DNA of 64,000 nt from Takakia lepidozioides. Lineage: Eukaryota > Plantae > Bryophyta. This document shows, piece after piece, positions 51,921 through 63,942 of the stretch. The notes under the pieces are model-generated. The model saw only the letters and a program-made list of their open reading frames with translations. It had not been told where the DNA came from and did no database searches. Location of the stretch: positions 8,804,001-8,868,000 of the forward strand of contig CM060733.1 in the NCBI GenBank assembly GCA_030704615.1, given 5' to 3'. Each line of letters begins with the position of its first letter. The stretch's first letter is position 1. Position numbers and translations under genes: made by a program.

Positions 51921-52995
51921 AGCTCCTTGATGCTCTCTAAGACAAGACTAAGCACTCCACAGCCCTTGCCAAGCTCCTGAAACCCTAAGGCTTACATTTC
52001 CAGCCACAAGACACTCCTCTTGTGGTACAAGAGCTCTTCTTCCAAGCTCTGAAACCCTAGGTGCACATTCCATGGCCTTGCCGCACCTCTTAGCTCCTGT
52101 TCCAGCCCTGCTCTTGCCATGACAAGAGACCTCTCAATGCTGAAGCTCGAGATTGAAACCCAATCTCAACGTACTCCACAAAGTGTACTGATTTGCCCCA
52201 AGCCAAATCAGCCCTTTCGTTTGGTCTTGCAATCCTGCAGCATGGTGCTTTCATCTCTGAAGCTGAAGATCGAATGCCAAGGTCTACCACCTCGTAACCC
52301 ACATTGCCTCCGCTTCTAATAACCAAGAGCTCTACGGTGCTCCTTGCATAACAACATGGTTTCTCTCATTCTCAAGCAAAAACCACAAGTGCTACAACTA
52401 ACTCGTATCTGGCACTCACAGATACGAGCTCATTTTTCTCGAGTGATAAAGAAGAAGAATACAAGCACGAGCTCACAAATCTGAAGCATAAACTCATGCA
52501 TATATAACCTCATCACTCAAATACAAGTCAAGCCAAGTGCACCCCACGCCATGGGGAATCCACACTACGGCGCCATAGCTAGGCGCGGTGAGGCTCAACT
52601 CGAGAAAGATGAGCCTCTTGCGCTTGCCGTGAAGATAACCACTCCAGGGCCTAAATCTGCCTTGACCCCTGGATTGACACTTGGGCCAATCCCAAATATC
52701 AATATGTAAAAACTAGCTATTTCCTAGCTAGTTTCACACTAGTGGTAAAATAACTTGACATTGCGGATGATGACTCTTGGGATCCTCGGACTTGACCTCT
52801 CTAGGACTTAGAACACTTCTATGACATCTCACCATCTGTACTCCCTGCATGGTTTTCCTAGCCAAGGGTTTTGTCCTCGGCCCACCTTACAGGTGCCAGG
52901 TTTTCTCTTGGTAGGTTTTTCACCCAGCAGTGGAGGGTGATATTTTCCTAATTATTTGTCTTCCTTCGCGGAGCTCAGGGATTTTTGTGGGGGGT

Positions 52996-53472
52996 AGGCT
53001 TCAGAAATGTAAAGCCCCATATTTGTTTAGCCTGAAAATAGCCCGTTTCATCCAAAACGGCGATACACATCCATAGTATATATTTTTGGCGTATGAAGCC
53101 GTTAAACCGTTACAATGATATCTAGGGTTAGTTTTTGTAGGTGGTTCGATCCTGGCTCTTCATCAGATCTAGGGCCACAAGACAGCGCCGTGGGCTTTGG
53201 CCTGTGATGCCTCGCCACGCGGCGGGCCACTACGGCTAGGGCTTTTTGTATAAAGACGGTGCCCTGATACAAGGTCGGGGCAGTGTACTCGGGTGTTAGT
53301 ATATATGTGATTTTGGTGTACAAGCTTTGGATGAGAGCTGCTTAGTGCCTGATTTGTGTGTTTGATCCTCCGCTCGCGCGTTGCTTGCTCTTTCCACTCG
53401 CCCCTTTGTTGTGCAATCTTGCTTCTTGAGAGGAAATGAGTATATGCTTCAGGCTTGTTTTAAGGCTTTACA
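52996..53472 (+). repeat. Gypsy A 3' terminal block: A' (52996-53005) + aa + B' (53008-53462) + A' (53463-53472); PPT GGGGGG at 52989-52994; TSD AGCT at 53473-53476
   Basis: AGGCTTCAGA-aa-TGTAAAGCC ... GGCTTGTTTTA-AGGCTTTACA. Confidence 0.82.
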
Positions 53473-53829
53473 AGCTTGGTGAGTGGTTGAACATAATGGG
53501 CAGTATGGGGATGGGAACTTATGCGACATCTGGTCCCAGGAAGGGGAAATGTGTGTTTTGGTAGTGTATATAGAGTTTGCAATGTGAGGCTATGGCTACT
53601 TTAGTGAGCCGACTGTGATGTGTGGCGGCAGTGATGGCGCATTTGTGTAAGATGAGCTCCATGCCGGACCATAGATTGAATCTAAATATTTTGTTAACTT
53701 GTCAGTTTATGTATTGTGGTTTGTGTGCCAGGATGGCGAGATCGTCTGCATATGCTGCAGCTGAGATGTCACTTGAGGAGGTTTTGTATTGATACCCAAG
53801 TTTGTCACGGGCTAGCCATTGGAGTAGGG
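53473..53829 (-). mobile_element. 5'-truncated, internally deleted LINE RT fragment and first half of the CCHC knuckle
   Basis: PLLQWL...AAAYADDLAIL...GMELILHKCAIT, then YCPLCSTTHQA. Confidence 0.82.
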
Positions 53830-54240
53830 GTTCATCAGATATTACAGTTCCCACAAAGTTCAACTCGTCTCTTAAGAAACTGAACAAACTTGAATGTTGT
53901 TCGACTGATTCTATCTCGCGGTCATCTTCAGACCATAGAATTTTTGTGTCGCAATCACTTGCAACGTTACATCCTTCGTCTCAAAAATGGCTGCTAGCTT
54001 ATCCCAAACCTCTTTGGAACTTTTAGCGCCAATGATCAGATTCATCTGATTGTCTCTCAAGTTCATTATGACGTTAGCACTACCTTATGATTGTTTCTAT
54101 CCCATAAAGCTTGGCCCATCGCATCATCTGGTCTTATATATGACTCATCAATCACTCCCCATAGATATTTGTCTAGAAGAATCATCTCCATTCTAAACTT
54201 CTAGGATTGGTAATTGGTTCCATTGAACCGCCTATATCTA
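53830..54240 (-). mobile_element. Ty1/Copia gag remnant, N-terminal half
   Basis: RFNGTNYQS*KFRMEMILLDKYLWGVID; SSKEVWDKLAAIFE; LRDELNFVGTVISDE. Confidence 0.78.
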
Positions 54241-54399
54241 ATGTTTCTATGAGCAAAAATTGTCAAGATGTACTCAGCTTTTGTTGACGAAAGAGCTGTT
54301 TGATTGCGGAAGCAACTTGGTCAACGGTGCAGTAAAGTCTGTGAGTTTGCTAATTGTCAAGTCTAAAGTCTTCCGTAGTGAGAGAGGAAAGACCTAATG

Positions 54400-54700
54400 G
54401 CACGGTGTCTTCGTCTAGCAAATGACAAACTTCAACAACTCTACATTGTGACAATCAAAATGCGATTGCATTAAGTCAAAACCCAAAATACCATTAGAGG
54501 ACATTGAGGTTCAACATCACTACGATCGGGAGGTTGTAGACAAAGGAGAAGAAGTGGTATATTGTTCTACGGAAGACATGGTTGCCGATGTTTTGACAAA
54601 AAGCCTACCAAAGCCAAAACACATCAAGTGTTCACTTGAACTTGGTTGAGATTACGTGATTATCTCGTTAAGAGACGGTGTTGAAAAATTGTTCCATGAA
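54400..54700 (+). mobile_element. Ty1/Copia RNase H C-terminal remnant followed by a possible PPT/LTR start
   Basis: CDNQNAIALSQNPKYH...HIEVQHHY.RE...YCSTEDMVADVLTKSL. Confidence 0.8.
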
Positions 54701-54810
54701 TCCATTGTAGATAAAGTTAGAGACGTTAAAGTAACTCTCTATTTAAAGATAAAAAGATAAAAGATAAAATTTCTGTAACGTCCAGTGAATTTACTGAGCC
54801 TACTGCTCAA

Positions 54811-54930
54811 CACACATGCCATCGAGGGCCCAATGGACGGTATGAAGGCACATGTTGAAGGATTGAACCCAGGATCACCTAGGTTATGCAGAGGCAAGGC
54901 ACAAACACCCAACCACTGGGCTACCTGCTC
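54811..54930 (-). mobile_element. Possible tRNA-derived SINE remnant
   Basis: Pol III A-box TAGCCCAGTGG (54913-54923) and B-box GGTTCAATCC (54860-54869); flanking direct repeat ctgctcaa; no convincing cloverleaf. Confidence 0.5.
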
Positions 54931-55340
54931 AAGCGCTTTTGGCGTAAAGTTAAAGCTAGTCCATTATGGGACTACTTAACATATCTGTATAATAAAAGTA
55001 GGTCTACCAAAACAAGTCTTTAATGAATGTTTTTTTTAAAAAAAAGAAAAAAGAGGGAGGGAGGCCTCAAGCTAATGCTTTTAACCTAGTTAGAACTATA
55101 TAAGAAGCTTGGTTTTTTTTGTTTTTCCCCCTCTCTCTCTCTCACAAATTAATGGTTTTTGCTGTGTGCTATATGGTGGGTGGAGAGCCTTGTATACAAT
55201 CCTCATTGATTGTTCTACGTCAAGTGTTTCGACACTTCCGTCATAGTTCACACGCCGGCCGTCTCCCTGGGCAGGGAGCGGACATAGGTCTTGAGAGCGT
55301 GCTTGGGAGTGTGTCGGAAAGAGCTTGAGGTTGGGGAGCG

Positions 55341-58300
55341 ATGTCGGAAGGTGGCGAGACAGATAAGAATATAGAGATTTGGAAGATTAAGAAGCTGATA
55401 AAAGGGTTGGAATCGGCCCGTGGAAATGGGACTTCCATGATCTCACTCATTATGCCCCCCAGGTGCATGCTCTTGTTTCCAATTTGAGCTGCTCTGTGTT
55501 TCCTTTTTGGGTTCTGGAGGAGATTCTCCTTGGGTTGTTGTCTGTCTTGAAGCAATTCTGGTAAAGAGACATGCAGGGTCACGATTCTTCAGAGATGGAT
55601 TCTGTTCATCATGCAAGCAGAATTCATAGCTCAAGGCATGCCTTAGAAAGCTAGCAAGGGGTCTGGTCTTTGCGTTCTGAGAACCTCTCACTGTTTGAGA
55701 CTCCCGCCTCCATTCGTCCTCCGCAGTGTTCGGGGAAGCTGGCTTCAACAGCAGAAACAGTGATAAACAGATAATCAGGATTTGGTAAAATACGGTTTGG
55801 AGACAGATTTGTGACCATAGTTTCCATCACTTTTGGAATCAAAGAAATTGCAGAGTGTTTGTCATTGGATGTTTCATCAATTGCAGTCAACTGTAATGAT
55901 GACTGTTGTGTGTTCAGTCCAATCATCTTCAGTTTCTGGTCTCAGTTAACATCTGCTCGAAGCCATGAACTTGAATGTCAGTGTTTCCCTGTAGAGCCCT
56001 GCTTTTATGGGCGTATGGATGAGACATTTGGCTACACTTTTTCACACTACCCTCATCCTCGTGTATAAATTTGGATCACGTGTCCTCTCTTTTATCAATT
56101 GCCATTCAACTCTACAACCTGCTTCTCACTGGTTGCCGGTCCCCATGACTAGCTCCTGGAGTTTAGCTGAGCAAGCGTATATCTGATTGATGGGTTCCTA
56201 TTTGGAGCCTTTCCTACCTCCATGCTCCACCAGAGGGGCTGGCATGGGTGAACGAGGAACGAGTTTAAGTATCCTGATATTCTTAGAACTTTAGAGGGAT
56301 TGTATACCCTTATTCCATGGGCGCCTGGTTCCCCAGGCATTTCCAAGTGGAATGGTCTGTGAAGCTGAGGCTGTGACGCAGACTTATGGCTTGTGGAGGC
56401 CAGTTGACTGGATGCATTCTTCCTTGCTGAAAATGTCTGACTGACCATACTCTCATTTTGCACGACCACTCATGTACAAGATATATGTGTTGATTAAACG
56501 TGCCTAAATGGTTGAATTGGCATTGGAAAGCCATTGTAAATGACTTTTTCGGAAGTTGAGGCCTAGTTCCTTCTTGGTTGCTTGTTGTCTGCACAAAGAT
56601 GGTGTGCTAGGTCATCCAACAGATAGAGTTAACATATCTACATGTTCGGCATCAGGGATCAGATCTCTCGCGTGACGAAGATGCTTGGAGACGAGTTTGG
56701 CACAGCCTCAAACATCAAGAACAGGGTAAACCGGCAGTCTGTGCTGGGGGCCATCACGTCAGCACAGCAACGACTCAAGCTCTACAACAAGGTTCCTCCC
56801 AATGGGCTGGTTTTGTACACAGGAACAATTGTTACAGACGATGGCAAGGAAAGAAAGGTAAACCCTCCCTTTGTTCTTGCTCTTTTGTGCTATTATGAAC
56901 CAGAATTTTGAAGGCCAGGACTAATGTTATATTTACAAGGAAGTTCCACTGGGGAGCAGATCACTGAGGACTCCCTCATGTATTCCCATCCCGTCCATCC
57001 CTTCTGGATCTTTCATCACACACAGAAAGAACTGTTTCTCACCTTCTACTGTGTCTCTTTCGAGATTGCGGATTGATATATGCCTGAAGTGGAAATGTTT
57101 CTAGGAGTAGGCAGTATTGAAAACCCAGTGTTGAAAACCAGGTTTTGTAGGGGCTAATGGTTTGGTTCTCTGGTGTTGTAGGTGACCATCGATTTTGACC
57201 CTTTCAAGCCAATCAATGCGTCACTCTACCTCTGTGATAACAAGTTCCACACCGAGGCCCTCAATGAGCTTCTGGAATCTGATGATAAGTTTGGGTTCAT
57301 TGTCATGGACGGAAATGGGACTTTATTTGGGACCTTGAGTGGCAACACTCGCGAAGTGCTTCATAAGTTCACTGTTGATCTGCCAAAAAAGCACGGGCGA
57401 GGTGGGCAATCAGCTCTTCGGTTTGCTAGGCTTCGGATGGAAAAGCGCCACAACTATGTTAGAAAAACAGCTGAGTTGGCTACCCAGTTTTACGTCAACC
57501 CGGCAACCAGCCAGCCAAACGTGTCAGGTATTGGATATATTGTGTTGTGGTGCTACCGTGGATCTTTATCCCACTACCAGTGTGGATGATTGCTACATAC
57601 CTGCCAGTGAGGATTTTTGGGTCACTATGGTAGCTCCCTCGAACAAACTTCTTCCAAGCTGAGCACTTGAAAAGAAGATAGCTAGAGATTTTGTTGTCTG
57701 TGGTTTCTTGTGGTCATGTTAATCATGCGGTTCCTGTTAATGTTGTTTGCAGGTTTGATTCTTGCTGGTTCAGCAGACTTTAAAACTGAATTGAGCCAGT
57801 CCGACATGTTTGACCCACGCTTACAAGCCAAGGTGTTGAATGTGGTAGATGTTTCTTATGGTGGTGAGAATGGGTTCAACCAGGCAATTGAGTTATCAGC
57901 TGATATTCTTGCCAATGTGAAATTCATCCAAGAGAAGCGGTTGATAGGCAAGTACTTCGAGGAGATAAGTCAGGACACAGGCAAATATGTATTTGGTGTT
58001 GATGACACATTGAAGGCGCTTGAGATGGGTGCTGTCGAAACGTTGATTGTGTGGGAGAATTTGGATGTGAATCGCTTCACCTTGAAAAATGCTGTGACTG
58101 GAGAGCTCTCTATCAAACATCTGAACAAGGACCAAGCGGCGGACCAATCCAAGTTAGTAGCTTCCCTTATTTGTGTAGTACAGTCTTGTTGTATTTTCAT
58201 CCTAGTGCTTTATTTCGCCAAGCAACAGACTACTTTGCTTGGACCTTTCCTTCGCCTTCTTCTTGCCCATCCATTTGTCATCTCAGTCGTACCATGGTGA

Positions 58301-59108
58301 GGTACTTTGTCCGTAATTTGGTTGTGTTGATTATGATGGGGAGGCCATTGTAATCGAGGAATCAATATTGCACTAAGACAGAATGACTGTGGTAGAGGGC
58401 AGAGCCAGACAGTGTTGCAACATTTTGGTTCTCTTTGTTCTTTTGCATTTCCCCTTTCGTTGCTCCTTTTCCGGTAGTGCCATGCATACATTAATATACT
58501 TGAATTACTGCTCAACAGCTTCAGGGACCCAGAGACACAAGCAGAATTGGAGGTCCAAGAGAAGCTTTCGCTTCTTGAGTGGTTTGCAAATGAGTACAAA
58601 CGCTTCGGGTGTACACTTGAATTTGTTACGAATAAGTCACAGGTATTTTGCATTCATCCTCGGAATGCCAGTACATGGGATTTTACTGAAATTTTTGGAC
58701 AAGTAATTTACTTATTTTTTTACTGTATTTTCATCATCAAATATCTAGAAGAGCAATGTTGCAGCTGGGTTGTTGACATTGCTTACTATATACTGGGTTT
58801 CACCTGACATAGTTAGGAATGATGACTACTTGTGTGTATACCTGTTCTAGTAATTTGCAAGGTAGGCTTGAATACTTCAATGTTGATTGAGTACATTATA
58901 CACTGATCTTGTAAAACTTGTGTGCTCACAATAAGGAAGTGCTTCCTCTTTCACTAATGTGTTCATTGGAACCATGTAATGGTTACAGGAAGGGTCGCAG
59001 TTCTGCAGAGGGTTTGGAGGTATTGGGGGCATATTGCGCTACCAGCTGGACATGCGCACCTTTGATGAGCTCTCTGATGATGATGGTGTTTATGAAGATT
59101 CTGACTAA
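55341..59108 (+). CDS. ERF1: Eukaryotic peptide chain release factor 1; exons 55341-55462, 56656-56857, 57182-57527, 57753-58152, 58519-58642, 58989-59108
   Basis: [38 protein letters not shown]; GT-AG junctions in phase. Confidence 0.96.
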
Positions 59109-60286
59109 ATCCATCTAGCCAGCGTCCGTCCCCTCACCCTGTTGCTTTCTCTCTCCAAGAAACAAATATTTGTCATCAAGGGACAAACGACAAAGCAATG
59201 GGCGTAGGGGACTGGGAGTGAGTTGTGATAGTATCATAGCACAAGAAAGTACTTAAAAGCGTGGCTGGTGTGGAGTACTTAAAGTTTTGCAGGAAGAGAG
59301 AAAAAGAGGATGCAGGGGCATAGGGAAACTGACAAGGAGAAGTCTGGATTTTATGAAAGAAGATTTCTATGGCACTTATTGGGAACTCGGGCTCCATGGT
59401 GGAGACTGCTGGGTCTACAATGCAGTGGAAGAATGCAGACGAGTAGGTGGTGTGACGAGTGGTATGAGGATGGGGGCATCAACTTGCAGGAAACCTGTCG
59501 GCGCATACACTGGAAGCATTGAGAATACCCAATACAGGGCAAGGCCACCAAAGACAATATAGCTGCATACAGTAATGGTGAGGTTCAGCTGGCATATGTC
59601 CTGGATTGCATTGACATTAAAGGTCACATTAGCTATCAATTACCTCTGGGCGCTTGGAACAAGCACAGTCTGACCCATTGTCTAGACTCTCTTGAATCTA
59701 GCTCGGAAACTGATCCAATAAGGGGATTGAGCTCTACCTATCTCAAGAAGGGCTTCTTCATGGAGTGGGAACATCCAAATGTAAAATTCTATCATTCACG
59801 TCAGTGTCTTTTGTCCAAACCATATAAGATTCATCTGTCACCCCCCATCAAAGCACAAGGAAGAGAGTAATAAAATGGTGCAGAAACCATTGTAAACTGC
59901 ACAGCTTATGTACATATTGGGACTGAAGCATATGACTGTTTTCCCACATTCTGGCACGCTCCTCACGACCTTTACAATCCCGCATGACGGGCTCGTCAGC
60001 GCCGTGAAATGTCTGGCCCTTGGAACTCGGAAGATGGACCCACTGCACCCTCCATCAGACAGACGAACTGTGCGCAGATAGACAAGTGGCTGGCAAGAAA
60101 TGCAGGAAAAGCTTCCCTTCAAGAGAGGGACGAATCAAATCAGGTTCACTTCACTCACGTGGCTTGCATACTTCGAGTCCGATTTGCACTCACCTAGGTT
60201 CTCTACTCCTCGTCTTGCTGAACACGTGTGCTATAAGAGCTTCACAGACTCACAGTGCCCACCACCTGTTTGGACAATCCCACACC

Positions 60287-63200
60287 ATGCGTAGTGGGCC
60301 CACTCTGGCCACTCACCGTGGATTGCTGGGCAGAGCATGTCTCCTTCCGTTCACACATTCTAACTCTTCTGTGGTCCGTCCTTCGGTTTGATCTGTCCAC
60401 AGGCGCCAACGACGCTATTATTTAGCTTCTCTCGCTGTGTTTATCCGTCTCTATCTCCGGACGTTATGAAGTTCCCATCTTGTGAATCCCATCCTCAGTC
60501 TCCTACCTTGACTCGTCTCTCACAACTGCCTTGGTGCGCCATGACGAAATCCCTGGTTGTTGTTGTTGTTGCACTATCTCTATTTTGAGCTGACTTGATA
60601 TCAGATCTATCCCAGTCTGTGCACCCTGAATGACAGTTGATCGTTTCAGCTGACCACACAACCCACCCCAGAAACCCAGTCTTCCTGGGCCCAAAATTCA
60701 TCGTCGTTTACTAGGAAGTTGCTGAGATCGGGTAGTGCCCATTGGCGGCGAGGGAAAAATAATGAGCTGTGGCTGTAGGATTTTACGTCATAAGGTCTCA
60801 TGCGAGGCTCGTCATATTGGTGATCGGAAGGAACCTAAGTTCGATGGAAGGAAAATTCAGACCAAAACAATAGCCAGTTGTACATACTATTGCACAAGGA
60901 CTTGGCAATGGCAGGAACGACGAAGATGATGCTTCAAAGGCAAACTCCGGCAGCTCTCTACGCTCGACTTTCAATGGACTCTCTCACACACCACAGCATT
61001 CAATCGGCAACAGTGAGCACCGGTGGGCGTGAGGAAATTAGTATGAGGACCTCGCGGCTCCACTATTATGTCCAAACTTCGCTCGAGGTAATTGAGCTTA
61101 TAGTTTGTTGGAAGGGAGGTCATCTTTCACTAATAGCTCCCATAGCAATTACCTAACATGAGGACTTACAGTGAGTCTGGGAGAAATGAAATGAAATGAT
61201 ACTTAAAAACGTCCGCCGAAAGCTCAAAGAGCTTATGGGACAAGAGGAAGAAAGAAACAAGAAAGAGAGGATTGTCTAAGAGTCGCGGTTTCACAGGTAC
61301 GCTGCCAAGAGAGAGATAAAAAATTGACAAAACTTCAAATTGATGGAGTTAGTGAGAATGTGCGGTTGGGCGAGCGTTGTTTTGTTGAGTATGCTTTAAA
61401 GGTCACTCCTAGGGAAGGAAACAACGCGCTCATCAGACTATGCTGTTTTATCTTATTGCAAAAGACTGGAAAATAGATGCTTCGTGAGAGAAAGAGCATG
61501 TGGCATCACCCCTGTGGTGTAAAGATCTGAATATTTGCTTAAAGATTCCATTGATCAACAAAGTTCCTTCCACCTCAATTGAATAGTGGTATTTTTCCTG
61601 TCTTACAGCGTGAATTACTGAGAGGCTCGAGGGTGCAGTGGACTTGGCAGCTGTTGCAATGCAGACAAAGGAAACAGAGGACCTGTATTCAAATGACTAT
61701 GCTCGATGAAAGACCGCTTGGGACAAGGGCTCCTGCAATTGCAACCCCAAGCAAGGCCCTGGTAAGCCAATGTTCTCTTCCTGGTACTTTGTGGGGCGAG
61801 GGAGGTTTCCTTTGCAGGTAGGACTCGAGTTGTTCAGACAATTTGTAATGAAAGGAAAATAAAGTCATACAGAGTGCTGTAAGGACTGATCGTCGATCTC
61901 AGACTTAATGGCATAATGTTCAATCCAGGCCAAAGAGAGGAAAAGCAAAAACCCATAAAGGACTGGTCAGCAAGCACAACCACCGACAGAGAAGAAAAAT
62001 TTATTACTTCCATTGGAGGCCATGAGAGAGATGAAATGGGTCTTTATAACATCCGTGGAAAGCTCAAAGAGCTTATGGGACAAGAAAAAGAAAGAAACAA
62101 GAAAGAGAGAGGGGCTTTCACAAGCAGCCCAAAAGCAACTATTGCTCAAGGGATTGTCTAATTGTCAAAGTCTCATGCAGGTAAGCTGCCAAGCATTTCT
62201 GATCCTCCAAGTGACAGACCTCCGTGAGAGAGTGGGTATCACGGAAGAGAAATGAAATGAAAATGGCACTTCATAACATCTGTGGAAAGCTCGAAGAGCT
62301 TATGGGACAAAAGAAAGCAGGATACAAGACTAAGGGATTTCTTTGCATGCCCCTCTTCCTGCTCTTCTTGCTCTCATCGGCTTCTACGTCAGTGGGTTGA
62401 AGCCTCATTGGATTTTTGTGTATCGTGGGCTTCTGCAGGCTTATGAGCTTGTTCAAGGTGCTCTGGTATGGACTCTTTTCTCGCTTGTTTTCTTTCCCGC
62501 AAAGTGAAGGTCTGGATAGTTAGTGTGAGAAATGTCTCCATGATAGTAGCTGCATTTAGGCTTGTTTTCTTTCCCACAAAGTGAAGGTCTGGATAGTTAG
62601 TGTGAGAAATATCTCCATGATAGTAGCTGCATTTAGGCAGCTTGTATCTCATGTATACCTGCATCAGCCACCATGGTCTACATGGTGAAGACTCTCCAAA
62701 GAAAGCATACAGAAGGTATCCTCCAGTCAAATCATGTTGGATGAAGTACCAGCAAGCTGTTTCTTCCCTGGCTGGGTGACCCTCGATGCAACGCAAAGAA
62801 CCTTACCTTCCATTGGCAGGTGCGGTGGAGTGAGGTACGGGAAAGGGCAACACCGGAGCCCCCCACTGCAGTGCTGCTTCACGGTATTCTGGGTGGACGA
62901 CGGAATTGGGGTATATCTCTCTCGCTCTTGGTCATTGAGAAGGTCATTTCTTATTTCTTTCTCCCTTTCAACTTGTTGTTTCTACTATGCCTTTCTCTGG
63001 ACATTATAATTTTCTTCTTCTTGCTCTCTCTTTTCAATGTCTGCATGTCTATCTGCTCCACCAAAATTTCTTTCTCAGTGTACTCTCTGGGGTGCTGTCA
63101 CCCAATGGGCCACTTTAATCGACAACATATGTCCCTCACCCACTTTTTGGTTTCGCAGTACCCTTTCGTGAAATGCAAATTCATTCGTGTCACAAGTGTG

Positions 63201-63484
63201 AATTGCACCCATGGCAAACATTGATCTCTTCTTCACTTCTCCCTGCATTTTCCTGGAGCTCTTTCGTTTATGCAAGAGAAACTACAGAATTGAGATTTGT
63301 TTGTTGCAATCATCTAAGCAAAGACCCCTTTGTTAGTAGTTCATCTGCTGGGTTATAGAAGGACAAAGTCTAGTACTTTAGGAAACTTCCAAGTCTGTGT
63401 CAGGTTGATGCTCATGAATGTGGTGGATGGATGTGTTCAGCATCATTTGCGAAGAGACTAGCACAGGAGTTTCCTATGTGGCAG
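60287..63484 (+). CDS. ABHD11-like alpha/beta-hydrolase, 5' part; exons ~60287-60385 (uncertain), 61609-61761, 62439-62465, 62820-62910, 63441-63484; continues past the right edge
   Basis: AYELVQGAL / PPTAVLLHGILGGRRNW / SFAKRLAQEFPMWQ; first exon inferred from phase and transit-peptide-like composition. Confidence 0.78.
61180..62330 (+). repeat. Three diverged ~80-110 bp intronic direct repeats (core gaaagctcaaagagcttatgggacaa)
   Basis: Cores at ~61218, 62058 and 62285. Confidence 0.75.
62483..62638 (+). repeat. Two-copy 77-bp intronic tandem duplication
   Basis: Near-identical units starting at 62484 and 62561. Confidence 0.9.
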
Positions 63485-63799
63485 GTAAGCTCTACTATGG
63501 ATTGTTAGGATCAAATAGACTCATAGAACTTAGACTTCTCTGTAAAAAGCCGACCTCATGAATTTGGCACCCATTGCTGGGTGACGTGTAATTATCTGAA
63601 CCAACTCATTCTGTTGCAAGATCGAGGTTGCAAGTGTCTCCAAACAGGAAGAGCCAGTGAGGGACAGGGAGTACAGCATTGTTGTTGTGGTAGTTTTATC
63701 ATACTGGTGTATCAATGTTATGTTACTAGCTCTCCTCACTACTGCTATTCGACTGTAATACTTGCTTGTATGCACAGACAGAGAGAGATATATATAGAT

Positions 63800-63942
63800 A
63801 GAGAGAGAATGTACTCGTGAGTTGTTGTTTGCTGTAGCCTTGTGGCCATAGATCCCGCGCCCCGTTAGAGAATGTACCCATAAGACTTTGTTTGCTGTAG
63901 TGTTTGTGGCCATATACCCCACGCCCAGTTGGGAAGGAAACA
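63800..63942 (-). repeat. Two tandem LINE 3'-tail fragments ending in a TC/TA microsatellite
   Basis: Reverse complement matches 9870-9939 twice (ggccacaaggctacagcaaacaac..gagtacattctctct). Confidence 0.75.

Larger units (their letters stand above)
48166..52760 (-). mobile_element. Non-autonomous element C of the B family; no terminal repeat (B' at the 5' end, A' at the 3' end); 4-bp TSD TTGC
   Basis: TTGC at 48162-48165 and 52761-52764; A-like 48166-48353 next to the same PPT; B-like 52444-52760; retains PHD (48614-48859), a short gag-PR linker piece and the gag N-terminus. Confidence 0.92.

Noticed and set aside
52761-52830. Possible chromodomain remnant (DDSWDP) at the end of the Gypsy A integrase, split by element C
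   Set aside because: Only a few residues match and the upstream frame is broken.
54811-54930. Functional tRNA gene
   Set aside because: A and B boxes are present, but there is no acceptor stem or anticodon arm; kept only as a possible SINE.
59106-59400. Plant eRF1 readthrough/NMD autoregulation signal
   Set aside because: The stop context is TAA-A, not a leaky one, and the 3' UTR extent is unknown.
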